DNA of 64,000 nucleotides from an uncultured bacterium (lineage in GTDB: Bacteria; Verrucomicrobiota; Verrucomicrobiia; Verrucomicrobiales; DEV007), in NCBI GenBank assembly GCA_963977015.1, contig CAXBMO010000005.1, positions 64,001-128,000 of the forward strand, read 5' to 3'. The stretch's first letter is position 1. Every line of letters begins with the position of its first letter. The notes below the pieces were generated by a model, which was not told the DNA's origin, did no database searches, and was given only the letters and a program-made list of their open reading frames with translations. This document shows positions 1 to 9,434 of this stretch, in pieces. Both the position numbers and the translations under genes were made by a program.

Positions 1-1860
1 CTCATGAACGCACAGGGCGAAGATGTCGTCGCTGGTGTTCGCACCCCCAAGCAATTGGCCGAGATGGTGGAGGATATGCCCGAAAGCTACAAGCAACTCG
101 GAGAAGTATTCGAGAAGCTGGAAGCCCACTTCAAAGATGTGCAGGACGTCGAGTTCACGGTTGAAGACGGTAAACTCTACATGCTGCAAACCCGGAACGG
201 CAAGCGCACTGGCCTCGCCGCTCTCAATATCGCCTGCGATATGGTCGAAGAAGGCTTGGTTGACGAAGATACCGCTTTCGGCCGCATCCCGGCGGACGAT
301 CTGGAGCAACTGCTCGCCCCCATCTTCAACGCTGATGCGGAAAAGACCGCCCAGACGATCGGAACCGGCCTTCCCGCTGGCCCCGGCGCAGCCACGGGCA
401 AGATCTACTTCAACGCAACTGACGCGGTCGCTGCCGCCGAAAAGGGCGACAACGTGATCCTCGTCCGCATCGAAACTTCTCCGGAAGATTTGCGCGGAAT
501 GATCGCAGCAAAGGGGATTCTCACCTCTCGCGGAGGTTCCTCCTCACACGCAGCACTTGTGGCCCGTCAAATGGGCAAAGTCTGCATCTGCGGAGCAACG
601 GGCATCCAAATCGATTACACGTCCAAGACCGTCACCGCAAATGGTGTCACCTTGAAGGAAGGCGAAGACATCTCCATCAACGGCACCAACGGAAACGTTT
701 ATGCCGGCGCGATTGAAACCGCTCCATCCGAGATCATCCAGGTGCTCGTCGAGAAGACGATGGCTCCCGGCGACTCGGCACTTTACGCGAAGTGGGAAAA
801 ACTGATGGCATGGTGCGACCGGACCCGCAAACTCGGCGTCCGCACCAACTCAGACGATCCTGAACAAGTGAAACGCGCAATCGGGTTCGGTGCGGAAGGC
901 ATCGGCCTGACCCGGACCGAGCACATGTTCTTCGAAGGCGATCGCATTGACGCCGTGCGTGAAATGATTCTCGCAGAAACGCTCGAAGCACGGAAAACCG
1001 CACTCGCGAAGCTTCTCCCTTACCAGCGCGAAGACTTCACTGGCATTTTCGAAGCACTCGACGGCCGTCCCGGAACCATTCGTCTCCTCGACCCACCGTT
1101 GCACGAGTTCCTGCCTCACACCGATGAGCAGAAAAAGGATCTCAGCAGCAAGATCGGCGTCAGCGTTGAGAAGATCAACGAGCGCTGCGACGCCCTCCAC
1201 GAGTTCAACCCAATGCTCGGCCACCGCGGTTGCCGACTTGGCATCGTCTACCCGGAAATCACTGAAATGCAGGCCCGCGCCATCTTTGAAGCGGCTGCCG
1301 ACGTGAAAGCGAAGGGCATCGACGTCTTGCCGGAAGTGATGGTGCCGCTCGTCGGTTACAAGCGCGAATTCGACCTCCAAGCCCAAGTCATCAACCGCGT
1401 CGCGGCAGAAGTGAAGGCTGAAAAAGGCGTCGAGTTCGACTACCTCGTCGGCACGATGATCGAGTTGCCACGCGCAGCCCTCACCGCGAACGAGATCGCC
1501 GAGAGCGCTGACTTCTTCAGCTTCGGAACCAACGACCTGACCCAGACCTGCCTCGGCCTCAGCCGTGACGACAGTGCCGGATTCATGGGCGCCTACCAGG
1601 AAGCCGACGTGTTCGCCAAGAACCCGTTTGCCGCCATTGATCAGGACGGCGTTGGCCAATTGGTTCAACTCGGAGTCGAGCGCGGACGCAGCACCAAGCC
1701 TGATCTCAAGCTCGGCATCTGCGGTGAGCACGGTGGTGAACCAAGCTCGGTGAAGTTCTGCCACCGCGCAGGACTCAACTACGTGAGCTGCTCTCCCTTC
1801 CGCATTCCGATCGCACGGATGGCGGCCGCTCAGGCGGTTTTGGAGGAGAAGAACTCCTAA
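1..1860 (+). CDS. ppdK: Pyruvate, phosphate dikinase (5' end outside window)
   Basis: Motifs [25 protein letters not shown], phospho-His loop [49 protein letters not shown]; frame open from base 1. Confidence 0.97.
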   Translation, partial: LMNAQGEDVVAGVRTPKQLAEMVEDMPESYKQLGEVFEKLEAHFKDVQDVEFTVEDGKLYMLQTRNGKRTGLAALNIACDMVEEGLVDEDTAFGRIPADDLEQLLAPIFNADAEKTAQTIGTGLPAGPGAATGKIYFNATDAVAAAEKGDNVILVRIETSPEDLRGMIAAKGILTSRGGSSSHAALVARQMGKVCICGATGIQIDYTSKTVTANGVTLKEGEDISINGTNGNVYAGAIETAPSEIIQVLVEKTMAPGDSALYAKWEKLMAWCDRTRKLGVRTNSDDPEQVKRAIGFGAEGIGLTRTEHMFFEGDRIDAVREMILAETLEARKTALAKLLPYQREDFTGIFEALDGRPGTIRLLDPPLHEFLPHTDEQKKDLSSKIGVSVEKINERCDALHEFNPMLGHRGCRLGIVYPEITEMQARAIFEAAADVKAKGIDVLPEVMVPLVGYKREFDLQAQVINRVAAEVKAEKGVEFDYLVGTMIELPRAALTANEIAESADFFSFGTNDLTQTCLGLSRDDSAGFMGAYQEADVFAKNPFAAIDQDGVGQLVQLGVERGRSTKPDLKLGICGEHGGEPSSVKFCHRAGLNYVSCSPFRIPIARMAAAQAVLEEKNS

Positions 1861-1909
1861 GCGCTTCATCGTAACGGAATCCGCAAGGAATTCCGACTCG
1901 CTGAATTTG

Positions 1910-1945
1910 AAGCCCTGTCGACTTCGGTCGGCAGGGCTTTTTTTT
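1910..1945 (+). terminator. Rho-independent terminator of ppdK
   Basis: Stem AAGCCCTGTCGAC / GTCGGCAGGGCTT closing a C(TTCG)G tetraloop, followed by a T run. Confidence 0.9.
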
Positions 1946-2171
1946 GAGGGCGGATTGCCCCCCCCGACGGGACACACGATTCGCTCGAAGATTGTGCCGT
2001 TTTACGCGTTCAACACTGCTCCGTTCCTTTCACGAACCGTTTCCACCATCTCCAGCCAACCGGGTTTGCTTCGTCAAGCAACGTGGTCGTTGCGATCCGG
2101 CAAGCTGCCGGCTTCCCATTCCCGCATCATCCCACCCGAGTCTTGGGTTGGCGCATTCGACTGGTTTTCAA

Positions 2172-2188
2172 GACTGCGGACCGCAGCC
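2172..2188 (-). promoter_or_regulatory. Candidate bacterial SECIS hairpin
   Basis: GGCUGCG-GUC-CGCAGUC begins 12 nt after the in-frame UGA (2203-2201); resembles the E. coli fdhF SECIS upper stem-loop. Confidence 0.5.
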
Positions 2189-2200
2189 ACCAAAGGGATT

Positions 2201-2401
2201 TCAGCCTCCGCCCGGCGGCGGGCTGGGTGCGGCCCCGGAAGGAGAGATGAAGCCGTAGCCGCCGGAGATGACCCGGCGCACCGGGACACCGGTGTCGGGA
2301 TGCCGTTTGAGCGGTGGATCGGTCATGCTCTGACGAACTTCGAACTGAATCGGAGCCTCGTTGCAGCAGTCCGGAATGGTCTCGTAAACGTAGGTCGGCA
2401 T
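2201..2401 (-). CDS. FmdB-family zinc-ribbon-like small protein; may extend to 2168 by UGA recoding
   Basis: MPTYVYE...FEVRQSMTDPPLKRHPDTGVPVRRVISGG pattern; 12 nt downstream of the CxxCH gene, same strand. Confidence 0.85.
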   Translation of the reverse strand: MPTYVYETIPDCCNEAPIQFEVRQSMTDPPLKRHPDTGVPVRRVISGGYGFISPSGAAPSPPPGGG

Positions 2402-2413
2402 GACTCAAACACC

Positions 2414-5400
2414 TTACTTCATGGGATGCTCCTTGAGCAAGTCCGCCGGTTTGTAGAATTGGCCGGGCTGCCGGTCGGAAGTGGCTTTGCGGACTTTTTT
2501 GACCGTTTCCGGCTTCACCACCGAAGCGTTGTTACCAAAGGCGTTGCGAACGTAGGTCAACACACCCGCAATTTCCTCGTCATTGAGAAAGCCTGCAAAT
2601 GGTGTCATGGGAGGCACTCCCTGGCTTGGGTCATACGTTTTGCCGTTAACCTCAATGGGGCCCCATAATCCATGGAGCACGAGTTTGATGAGACGCTCTT
2701 CGCTTCCACTCACCCACGGACTCTTCGTCAGTGGTGGATAAATATTCGGAACCGCCCCTACCCCATCGGCGCCATGGCAAGTCTCGCAGTGTGCATCGCG
2801 GCCATAGACTTCCTCGCCGATCTTCCAAAGCTTTTTCTCAGCATTGGTGAGATGGGAGGGAGCTTTGGGTTTGGGAGCTTCCTTCGTTTTCAGCTCAAGC
2901 TTTCCCTGGGTGAGAAGCTCGGCGTTCTTGTTGTCACCAATATCGAGTCCTTCAGCATCATCTTTCAGGGTCCAGTAGGCAGCCTCGATCGATGGCCCCA
3001 TCCATTTGTCGAACGGTAGGCGAACCGCCTCCATGAGAATCTTGGCCCCGTCCTGATTATCGAGCCAGCTGGCGGCAACGATCGCTTCGAGTCGAACGCG
3101 AGGATGTTCGTCGGTCGCTGCATCAAGGAAGAGTTCGGTGCTGTTGGGCACCTGCCCGTGGGTGAAGCGGAGTACATCGACGGCGGCTGCGCGGACTTGG
3201 TGGCGACTGTCATTGAGCGCCTGTCTGAGAATGTGGTGATCGACTTTGCCTTGCGCCCAAGTCGCCCACAAACCTTCGAGGAGGTGACGCCCGTAATCCG
3301 GATCACTCGGGCTGAGACCGGCTACCCATTTGCGAACTGCCGGAAGCACTTCCGCAGGGGCGTGTTCGCGAAGCTCGCGACGGGTGCGATATCGGGTCCG
3401 GTATTCGTGAGCTTTGAGGTTCTCCAACAGATTGGCGACCGGCTCACCATCGATTTTGGCCGGCTCGACCAAGGGACGGGATGGATAGGTGAGTCGGTAG
3501 ATACGGCCATACTGCGAATTGCGATTGGGGTCGCGCGCGGAATGCTGCATGTGCCCGATGAGGGCGTTGTGCCAATCGACGATGTAGAGAGAGCCATCGG
3601 GCGCGAATTCAAGGTCGGCAGGGCGATAGTTTCCGTCATCGCTGCGCACGAGATCCTGCCGGTGGCGTCCCTGAAAGCCGGATCCATCTTCCAACACCGT
3701 GTGTTGCTTGGTGCCGAGAAAGCCAATCGTGTTGTTGAGCAGGTAGTCGCCCTGAACAGCGTCAGGGAAATGGCGACTGGAAACAAATTCGCCGCCGGAG
3801 GTGGGCCGCACCTTGTGAGTTGTGAATTGCTCGGTCTTTCCAATTTCCATCCCATGCGGAGTCTTGGCGCTTAGGGCTGTCATCCACCAATTCGCTCCTC
3901 CGGAAGCATCGCCAAGGAAGTCCTGGCCAAATTCATCGAAGGAAACGGCCCAGGGATTGGAGTAGTCGGACTGGGAATGGCGGATCAACTTCCACGAACG
4001 CGGATCAAAGCGCCAAACGCCGCCATCAGTCATGCGCTGAGGGCCATACGGAGTCTCAACCTGACTGTGGAGAAATCGCCCTTCGCAAAGATAAAAGGCG
4101 CCGGAAGCGTCCGCGCAGTAGGCTGAAATGGCGTGGTGAGTATCGTGAGAATCGAATCCGTCCACGATACGGGTGCGCTTGTCGGCCACGTCGTCGCCGT
4201 CGGTGTCTTCGAGCAACATCAGGTAAGGTTCCTCGCTAACGTAAACGCCTTCGGGCGCAAGTTCGAAGCCGATGGGAACGTGAAGACCTTCTGCGAAAAT
4301 CGTCCGTTTATCCGCACGGTTGTCGCCGTCGGTATCTTCAAAAATCAGGATCTTGTCATTGGGTCGCTCACCTCCGGGGAGATAATGCGGATAGCTCGGA
4401 ACGGTGGAAACCCAGAGGCGGCCTTTCGCATCGAACGACATTTGGACCGGATTCTGCAGGAGCGGAAACTCTTTCTCGGAAGCAAACAGCTCCAATTTGT
4501 AGCCTTCCGGGAGCTGGAAGCGCGACATGGCGGCGGGAGGATCGAGATATTCGATCTTCCGCGTGTAGTTCGTGATGACCTTGCTCAGCTTACGTGTTTT
4601 AGAGTCATCCACGGCCTTGTCCTTGCCTTGGGCGATGGCCCAGATTTTCTCATCACGGAGGAACCCCATCTGGCGGATTTTCTCGATCTCTTCCGGATAG
4701 TTCACGTTGCCGTATGGCGCCCAGCGACGTCCCCAAACGTGAACACCGTTCAGCATCCGGTAATCATTGTGCCAGAGCCAATTCCGATCAAGAATCGCCT
4801 CGCGAAGCTTGGCCAATTGCTCGGGTTTCGTCTTCAGTCGAATGGGGCCAAAGAGCTTTTCCATCAGCACCGGAGCAAGCAATTCGTAACCGTCGGAGTT
4901 GAGATGACAGCCGTTGAGTGTGAGTTGGGAACCATCGACGGAGAACCAGTCTTTCGTCACCGAAAAGAGATCGATTCCGCCCACGTTCCTGGCTTTGGCA
5001 ACTTCGAGAACCGCTTGGGAATAGGCTTCCAAGCGCTTGTTCTCCGCTTGGCCAGAAGGCAAATCATAGGCATCGCGCCGGTCTTCAAAGGCAATCGGCG
5101 TTACCAAAACCAGCTTTGGCGCAGACTTGCCACCGTTGTAGCTGAGGCTCAGCGTGTGATCGACGAAGGCGCTCAATTCCGCTTTGAAATTGGCCAGCCC
5201 ATCCATCCCATCGAATGACTCATTGTAGCCGAAGAATGCGACAATCGTGTCCGCCTTCAGATCCGCCAGCCACTCATCGGGATAGGGGTAGTGACCATTC
5301 CCGGGTTTCAATCCGGGAATGTGCGTTTGCTTGTCGGGGTGAAACTTCTCGGCACCGGGAAACGCCCAGGGAGTATCGCGTGCCGGATGAGCGCGAAATC

Positions 5401-6661
5401 CCGGTGTGTCGGCCGGGTGACACATGTTCCGGAAAAACAGATTCTTGTCGGCAAAATGCGCAAAGAGCCGGGTTTCAAAGTGCCCCTCATGAAGCATGCG
5501 CTCGCCCAGGCTGTTTCCAATGAAGACAATTCGTTCACCCTGTTGGGGCTTGAGGGGCAGGTTCACCGGCCCCACGGATTTCGGCGCCTTCTTTGGCTGT
5601 TCGTACTTGGGCCGTTCGGCCATTCCCTCTTGAATCGGCTTCTTCGTTCCCTTCGGCTCCTTCATGGTCGTTGCGAGACCGGTTGCGGTGCTCTTGCCCA
5701 ACGCGAAGCTTTGCGCGGTAAGCTTGAGCCCGTCGTAATACTCCTTGGGGTTGCGGGAATAGAACGTCGGTTGATAACGATCGACGGGCTTAACATTGGC
5801 TGCGGGCGGGACCTCCAGCCCCGTCAGATGGAAGACGCCATTTACGACGATTCGACGAAGGCTTTTCGCTTTGAAGTCGACCGATGACCCAATCGTGCTC
5901 ATGAGGGCCATACCCGTCTTGCCGCTTGGCGCGGTGTATTCCTTCAACCAAACAGCCGCCTGGAGAGGATCGTTCTTTGCCTGAACGTAATTGGAATTGG
6001 GGTCGAGCGACTCGATCACCGCACCTCGCACCAAAATCGTGGCATTCGCCTCATCCAGATTTCCCGTTCCATAAACATCACTCGGCGCAAAGAACATATC
6101 ATCGACTCCGCGCAAAACGGGATGCCGCGAATGCTTCTGAACAATGATACCGCGGGTTCCCTCCACCTTGTGTTTTCCGTGATGGCCCGCCCACTTCTCC
6201 CCGAGGAACGTCAGCCCAAAATTGTTCCAATCGATCCCGCCCAGATCGGACTTGGTCTTGAACGCATGCGTTGCGGTTCGCAGTCCGATCACGGGTTTCC
6301 CAGCATTGATGAAATCCAGAATATGTTGCAACTGCGGTTCGGGCAGATCGCGAAACCGGGTCGCCAGAATCATCACATCGGCGGTTTTGAGAGCCGCCAA
6401 GCCAGGAATGTTGGTGTTGAGCTCCGGATTGATGTATCCGGTCTTCGGGTCGATGGCAAAACAGACCGTTGCCTTGAATCCATGATACTGGGAAAGAATC
6501 TTGGCCAACATCGGTCCCGTTTCCTCTGACCGGTATTCCTCATCGCCGGTGACGATGACAACGTGTTTGCCCTTGCCGGGCCCTTCTTCGCCCTCGAGGA
6601 CGAGCGTTTGAGCCGAAGCCAGAAACGGCAAGGCGAGAATCGAAAGAAGCAGTTGACGCAT
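2414..6661 (-). CDS. Secreted PVC-type heme-binding CxxCH protein (ThuA-like + SGNH-like + beta-propeller dehydrogenase + HEAT-like + cytochrome c)
   Basis: Signal peptide; GDEEYRSEE...GLRTATHAF (ThuA-like); IVFIGNSL...FFGYNES (SGNH); LFASEKEFP..NPVQMSFDAKGRLWV, FAPDGSLYIVDW (propeller); CETCH and GVPPMTPF (cyt c). Confidence 0.9.
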   Translation of the reverse strand: MRQLLLSILALPFLASAQTLVLEGEEGPGKGKHVVIVTGDEEYRSEETGPMLAKILSQYHGFKATVCFAIDPKTGYINPELNTNIPGLAALKTADVMILATRFRDLPEPQLQHILDFINAGKPVIGLRTATHAFKTKSDLGGIDWNNFGLTFLGEKWAGHHGKHKVEGTRGIIVQKHSRHPVLRGVDDMFFAPSDVYGTGNLDEANATILVRGAVIESLDPNSNYVQAKNDPLQAAVWLKEYTAPSGKTGMALMSTIGSSVDFKAKSLRRIVVNGVFHLTGLEVPPAANVKPVDRYQPTFYSRNPKEYYDGLKLTAQSFALGKSTATGLATTMKEPKGTKKPIQEGMAERPKYEQPKKAPKSVGPVNLPLKPQQGERIVFIGNSLGERMLHEGHFETRLFAHFADKNLFFRNMCHPADTPGFRAHPARDTPWAFPGAEKFHPDKQTHIPGLKPGNGHYPYPDEWLADLKADTIVAFFGYNESFDGMDGLANFKAELSAFVDHTLSLSYNGGKSAPKLVLVTPIAFEDRRDAYDLPSGQAENKRLEAYSQAVLEVAKARNVGGIDLFSVTKDWFSVDGSQLTLNGCHLNSDGYELLAPVLMEKLFGPIRLKTKPEQLAKLREAILDRNWLWHNDYRMLNGVHVWGRRWAPYGNVNYPEEIEKIRQMGFLRDEKIWAIAQGKDKAVDDSKTRKLSKVITNYTRKIEYLDPPAAMSRFQLPEGYKLELFASEKEFPLLQNPVQMSFDAKGRLWVSTVPSYPHYLPGGERPNDKILIFEDTDGDNRADKRTIFAEGLHVPIGFELAPEGVYVSEEPYLMLLEDTDGDDVADKRTRIVDGFDSHDTHHAISAYCADASGAFYLCEGRFLHSQVETPYGPQRMTDGGVWRFDPRSWKLIRHSQSDYSNPWAVSFDEFGQDFLGDASGGANWWMTALSAKTPHGMEIGKTEQFTTHKVRPTSGGEFVSSRHFPDAVQGDYLLNNTIGFLGTKQHTVLEDGSGFQGRHRQDLVRSDDGNYRPADLEFAPDGSLYIVDWHNALIGHMQHSARDPNRNSQYGRIYRLTYPSRPLVEPAKIDGEPVANLLENLKAHEYRTRYRTRRELREHAPAEVLPAVRKWVAGLSPSDPDYGRHLLEGLWATWAQGKVDHHILRQALNDSRHQVRAAAVDVLRFTHGQVPNSTELFLDAATDEHPRVRLEAIVAASWLDNQDGAKILMEAVRLPFDKWMGPSIEAAYWTLKDDAEGLDIGDNKNAELLTQGKLELKTKEAPKPKAPSHLTNAEKKLWKIGEEVYGRDAHCETCHGADGVGAVPNIYPPLTKSPWVSGSEERLIKLVLHGLWGPIEVNGKTYDPSQGVPPMTPFAGFLNDEEIAGVLTYVRNAFGNNASVVKPETVKKVRKATSDRQPGQFYKPADLLKEHPMK

Positions 6662-6805
6662 GAATCTAGGGATGAGGTTTGGGTTGCCGCAAAAGGCTGA
6701 AAAACCTCAATCTTGCGATTATTGGTAAAGATTCAACCGCTCACCTCAGTTTTGCCGATTCAAAGGGGGAAACTGCTCCGAATTTCCCAGCAGGCCCGTT
6801 TCGGC

Positions 6806-7237
6806 TTACCGGCTCGCCACCAACATCATGGAGCATTCATCTTCTCCGTTGACGCGATCGTCGCCATCCCGATCCAAAACTTGAAAAACCCGGGCGAAGG
6901 TGTGGCTCCACGATGCAGATGCGACAAACTCCGCCAGAGAAACACGCTGATCCTCATCGCAGTCGCGGCTTGCGAATTCTCCCAGGCTATCGCGAGCTTC
7001 CGGCACCGAAGTCCATTCAGCTTCCGTCAGGACTCCGTCTGCGTCTTCATCCAACAGCTGAAACTTCGTTTGCAGAAAAACCATCTCCATTTCCGTTCGG
7101 GTTACTGACCAGTCTCCGTCCAGATCAAAGGCTTTGATGAATTGGCTGATCGGAAACGATTCATCCTCTGCAAAAGCGTTGGCGGAGAACATTGCCAGAG
7201 TCGTTGCCAGGATGGTGAGGGAAGCGGTGATTTTCAT
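6806..7237 (-). CDS. Secreted EF-hand protein
   Basis: Signal peptide ending ANAFA; four DxDxD loops (DLDGDWSVTRTE, DEDADGVLTEAE, DCDEDQRVSLAE, DRDGDDRVNGED). Confidence 0.8.
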   Translation of the reverse strand: MKITASLTILATTLAMFSANAFAEDESFPISQFIKAFDLDGDWSVTRTEMEMVFLQTKFQLLDEDADGVLTEAEWTSVPEARDSLGEFASRDCDEDQRVSLAEFVASASWSHTFARVFQVLDRDGDDRVNGEDECSMMLVASR

Positions 7238-7355
7238 GATGGAGTTGCCCGTTGGAGGTTTTCAATTTGGTTCTTGGTCAGGAGACAACAAACACCCACC
7301 CCGATTGCAAGGTTTCCGGGTCCAAATCGCCGGAAAAATTGTACCGACGCAAGGA

Positions 7356-7721
7356 TCAAGATTCCCCTCTGGCAATTCGCGCCTTCGCGCCACCTTCGTC
7401 GATATTCACCAGCGAAATCCGGGTATCAAAAAGCACCACATCAGCCTCCCCGGGTCGGCGCGTGCCAAAGACGCTGACCTTATAGTGAATCGACGTGTTT
7501 CCGAGCTTTTCCCGCACCACACGGAATCTCAGAATCTCGCCATTCTCAACGCCGTGCCGAAATTCCACGTTGTCGAGCGCGATCGTCACAAAGCAATTGC
7601 CGGGAAACTCCAAGTTCGCCGTGATGTAGGCGAACTCGTCGATCCACTTCAACAGATGCCCACCGAAGAGCTTGCCGTAATGATTGAGGTGCTCGGGAAG
7701 GACAAGTTTGAAATGATCCAT
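7356..7721 (-). CDS. Acyl-CoA thioesterase, HotDog fold (YciA-like)
   Basis: VLPEHLNHYGKLFGGHLLKWIDE, VTIALDNVEF, GNTS; start placed at ATG 7721. Confidence 0.9.
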   Translation of the reverse strand: MDHFKLVLPEHLNHYGKLFGGHLLKWIDEFAYITANLEFPGNCFVTIALDNVEFRHGVENGEILRFRVVREKLGNTSIHYKVSVFGTRRPGEADVVLFDTRISLVNIDEGGAKARIARGES

Positions 7722-7764
7722 GGCTGCAGGTTGCATCGCCACCCGCAATTGTCCAGACTGACGA

Positions 7765-8862
7765 ATGACCGTTGGAGTCCCCAAAGAAATCAAAGAACAG
7801 GAAAATCGAGTGGCAATGGTTCCTTCCGGCGTAATGCAACTCACCCGCCGAGGTCATCGAGTTGTCGTCGAAACCAATGCAGGAACCGGAGCCGACTATT
7901 CCGATGAGGAGTATCGCAACGCAGGTGCCGAGATTCTCGACACGCATGAAGCAGTCTTTGCTGAAGCAGAGATGATTGTGAAAGTGAAAGAGCCACTCGA
8001 AAGCGAGTTGGGACTCCTCACCAAAGACCACATTCTCTTCACCTACCTGCACCTCGCAGCGAGCAAGAAGCTCACGGAAATGGTCTTGAAAAGCGGCTGC
8101 ACCGCGATCGCCTACGAAACGGTCAGTCTGGGCGGACGTCTCCCGCTGTTGGAACCCATGAGCGAGGTGGCTGGGCGGATGTCGGTTCTCGTCGGCGCTT
8201 ACTACCTCGCAAAGCATGCCGGAGGCCGCGGCACGCTCCTTGGCGGTGTGCCCGGCGTTTTACCAGGCCGCGTTCTCGTCCTGGGAGGCGGAACCTGCGG
8301 TGTGAACGCAGCAAAGGTCGCAACAGGTATTGGCGCACAAACGACCATTCTCGAAATCGATCACGGTCGAATGCGCTTTCTCGATGACACCCTGACCGCA
8401 CAAACCATGTATTCGAGCGAGGCTGCCCTGATGGAACTCCTGCCACGCACCGATCTTCTGATTGGCGCGGTTCTCGTTCCCGGCGCCAAGGCCCCCAAGC
8501 TGGTATCGCGCGAAATGCTCAAACTGATGCGGAAAGGCACGGTTCTCGTCGATATCGCGGTCGACCAGGGAGGCTGCATTGAAACGGCTCGCCCCACCAC
8601 CCACGAAAAACCGGTTTTCGTCGAAGAAGGCGTCATCCACTACTGCGTGGCCAACATGCCAGGCGCCTTCGCCCGGACATCGACGCAGGCCCTCACCAGC
8701 GTCACCTTTCCCTATGTGCAACTCCTCGCGTCACAGGGTCTGAAGGACGCATGTGAACAGCGCCCCGAACTGGTCGAAGGGATCAATTGCCAGGGAGGCA
8801 GACTGACCTGCGCCGGGGTTGCCCAGGCTCACGACATGGAGTGGGGCGAACCCAAGTTCTAG
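7765..8862 (+). CDS. ald: Alanine dehydrogenase
   Basis: GVPKEIKEQENRV, KVKEP, FTYLHLA, PLLEPMSEVAGR, DIAVDQGGC, HYCVANMPGA. Confidence 0.97.
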   Translation: MTVGVPKEIKEQENRVAMVPSGVMQLTRRGHRVVVETNAGTGADYSDEEYRNAGAEILDTHEAVFAEAEMIVKVKEPLESELGLLTKDHILFTYLHLAASKKLTEMVLKSGCTAIAYETVSLGGRLPLLEPMSEVAGRMSVLVGAYYLAKHAGGRGTLLGGVPGVLPGRVLVLGGGTCGVNAAKVATGIGAQTTILEIDHGRMRFLDDTLTAQTMYSSEAALMELLPRTDLLIGAVLVPGAKAPKLVSREMLKLMRKGTVLVDIAVDQGGCIETARPTTHEKPVFVEEGVIHYCVANMPGAFARTSTQALTSVTFPYVQLLASQGLKDACEQRPELVEGINCQGGRLTCAGVAQAHDMEWGEPKF

Positions 8863-8863
8863 C

Positions 8864-9298
8864 TTACTCCAAAAAGCTCTTCAGCATCCAAACCGTTTTC
8901 TCGTGAACCTGAATCCGAGCGATCAACAAATCCTCGGTCTCAGAGTCGTTGTCTTCAGCTGCGCAATCACGAGCGGCCTTCAAATCCGTCAGCAGTTTCT
9001 CGTTTGCTTTCACGAGGTGATTGACCATTTCCTGAGCGGAAGAATCCTCAGCAATCTCGTCGATTTCGGCGAGTTTGGCCAGATTCGACAACCCTCCCGG
9101 GGCCAACGCTCCCTTGGCTCGGATGCGTTCCGCAATCTCATCAACCGCCGCAAACAACTCATTGTATTGCTCCTCAAACGCAGTGTGCAGTGAGAAGAAC
9201 GACGGTCCACGGACATTCCAATGACAGAGGTGCGTCTGGCCGATCAGCGCGTAGGTATCGGCAACGACAAGGCGAAGGGCGTTTATTGTGTCTTTCAT
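8864..9298 (-). CDS. dps: Dps family DNA-protection/ferritin-like protein
   Basis: HWNVRGPSFFSLHTAFEEQY, DEIAERI, HEKTVWML. Confidence 0.95.
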   Translation of the reverse strand: MKDTINALRLVVADTYALIGQTHLCHWNVRGPSFFSLHTAFEEQYNELFAAVDEIAERIRAKGALAPGGLSNLAKLAEIDEIAEDSSAQEMVNHLVKANEKLLTDLKAARDCAAEDNDSETEDLLIARIQVHEKTVWMLKSFLE

Positions 9299-9434
9299 TC
9301 GATTGTTTTGGTGAGCAGTTATCTTGATTTTGACGACACCGAAGCCGTCACTTTACAGTGAGGGGAAACGGATGGTGAACAAGTTTGGATTCCGTCCCTT
9401 CCCATTCCGTTCAGCAAAAAAATCGCAGATTGAG

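Noticed and set aside
850-1977. Long antisense ORFs (e.g. 850-1977, 4133-5218, 16808-17896, 18986-20071, 49595-50839, 54605-55786)
   Set aside because: They shadow well-supported genes on the opposite strand, as expected at this GC content, and show no family motifs
2030-2170. Read-through of the second UGA (KPVECANPRL...)
   Set aside because: No convincing SECIS-like hairpin after it and the peptide looks random; treated as the true stop, though not excluded
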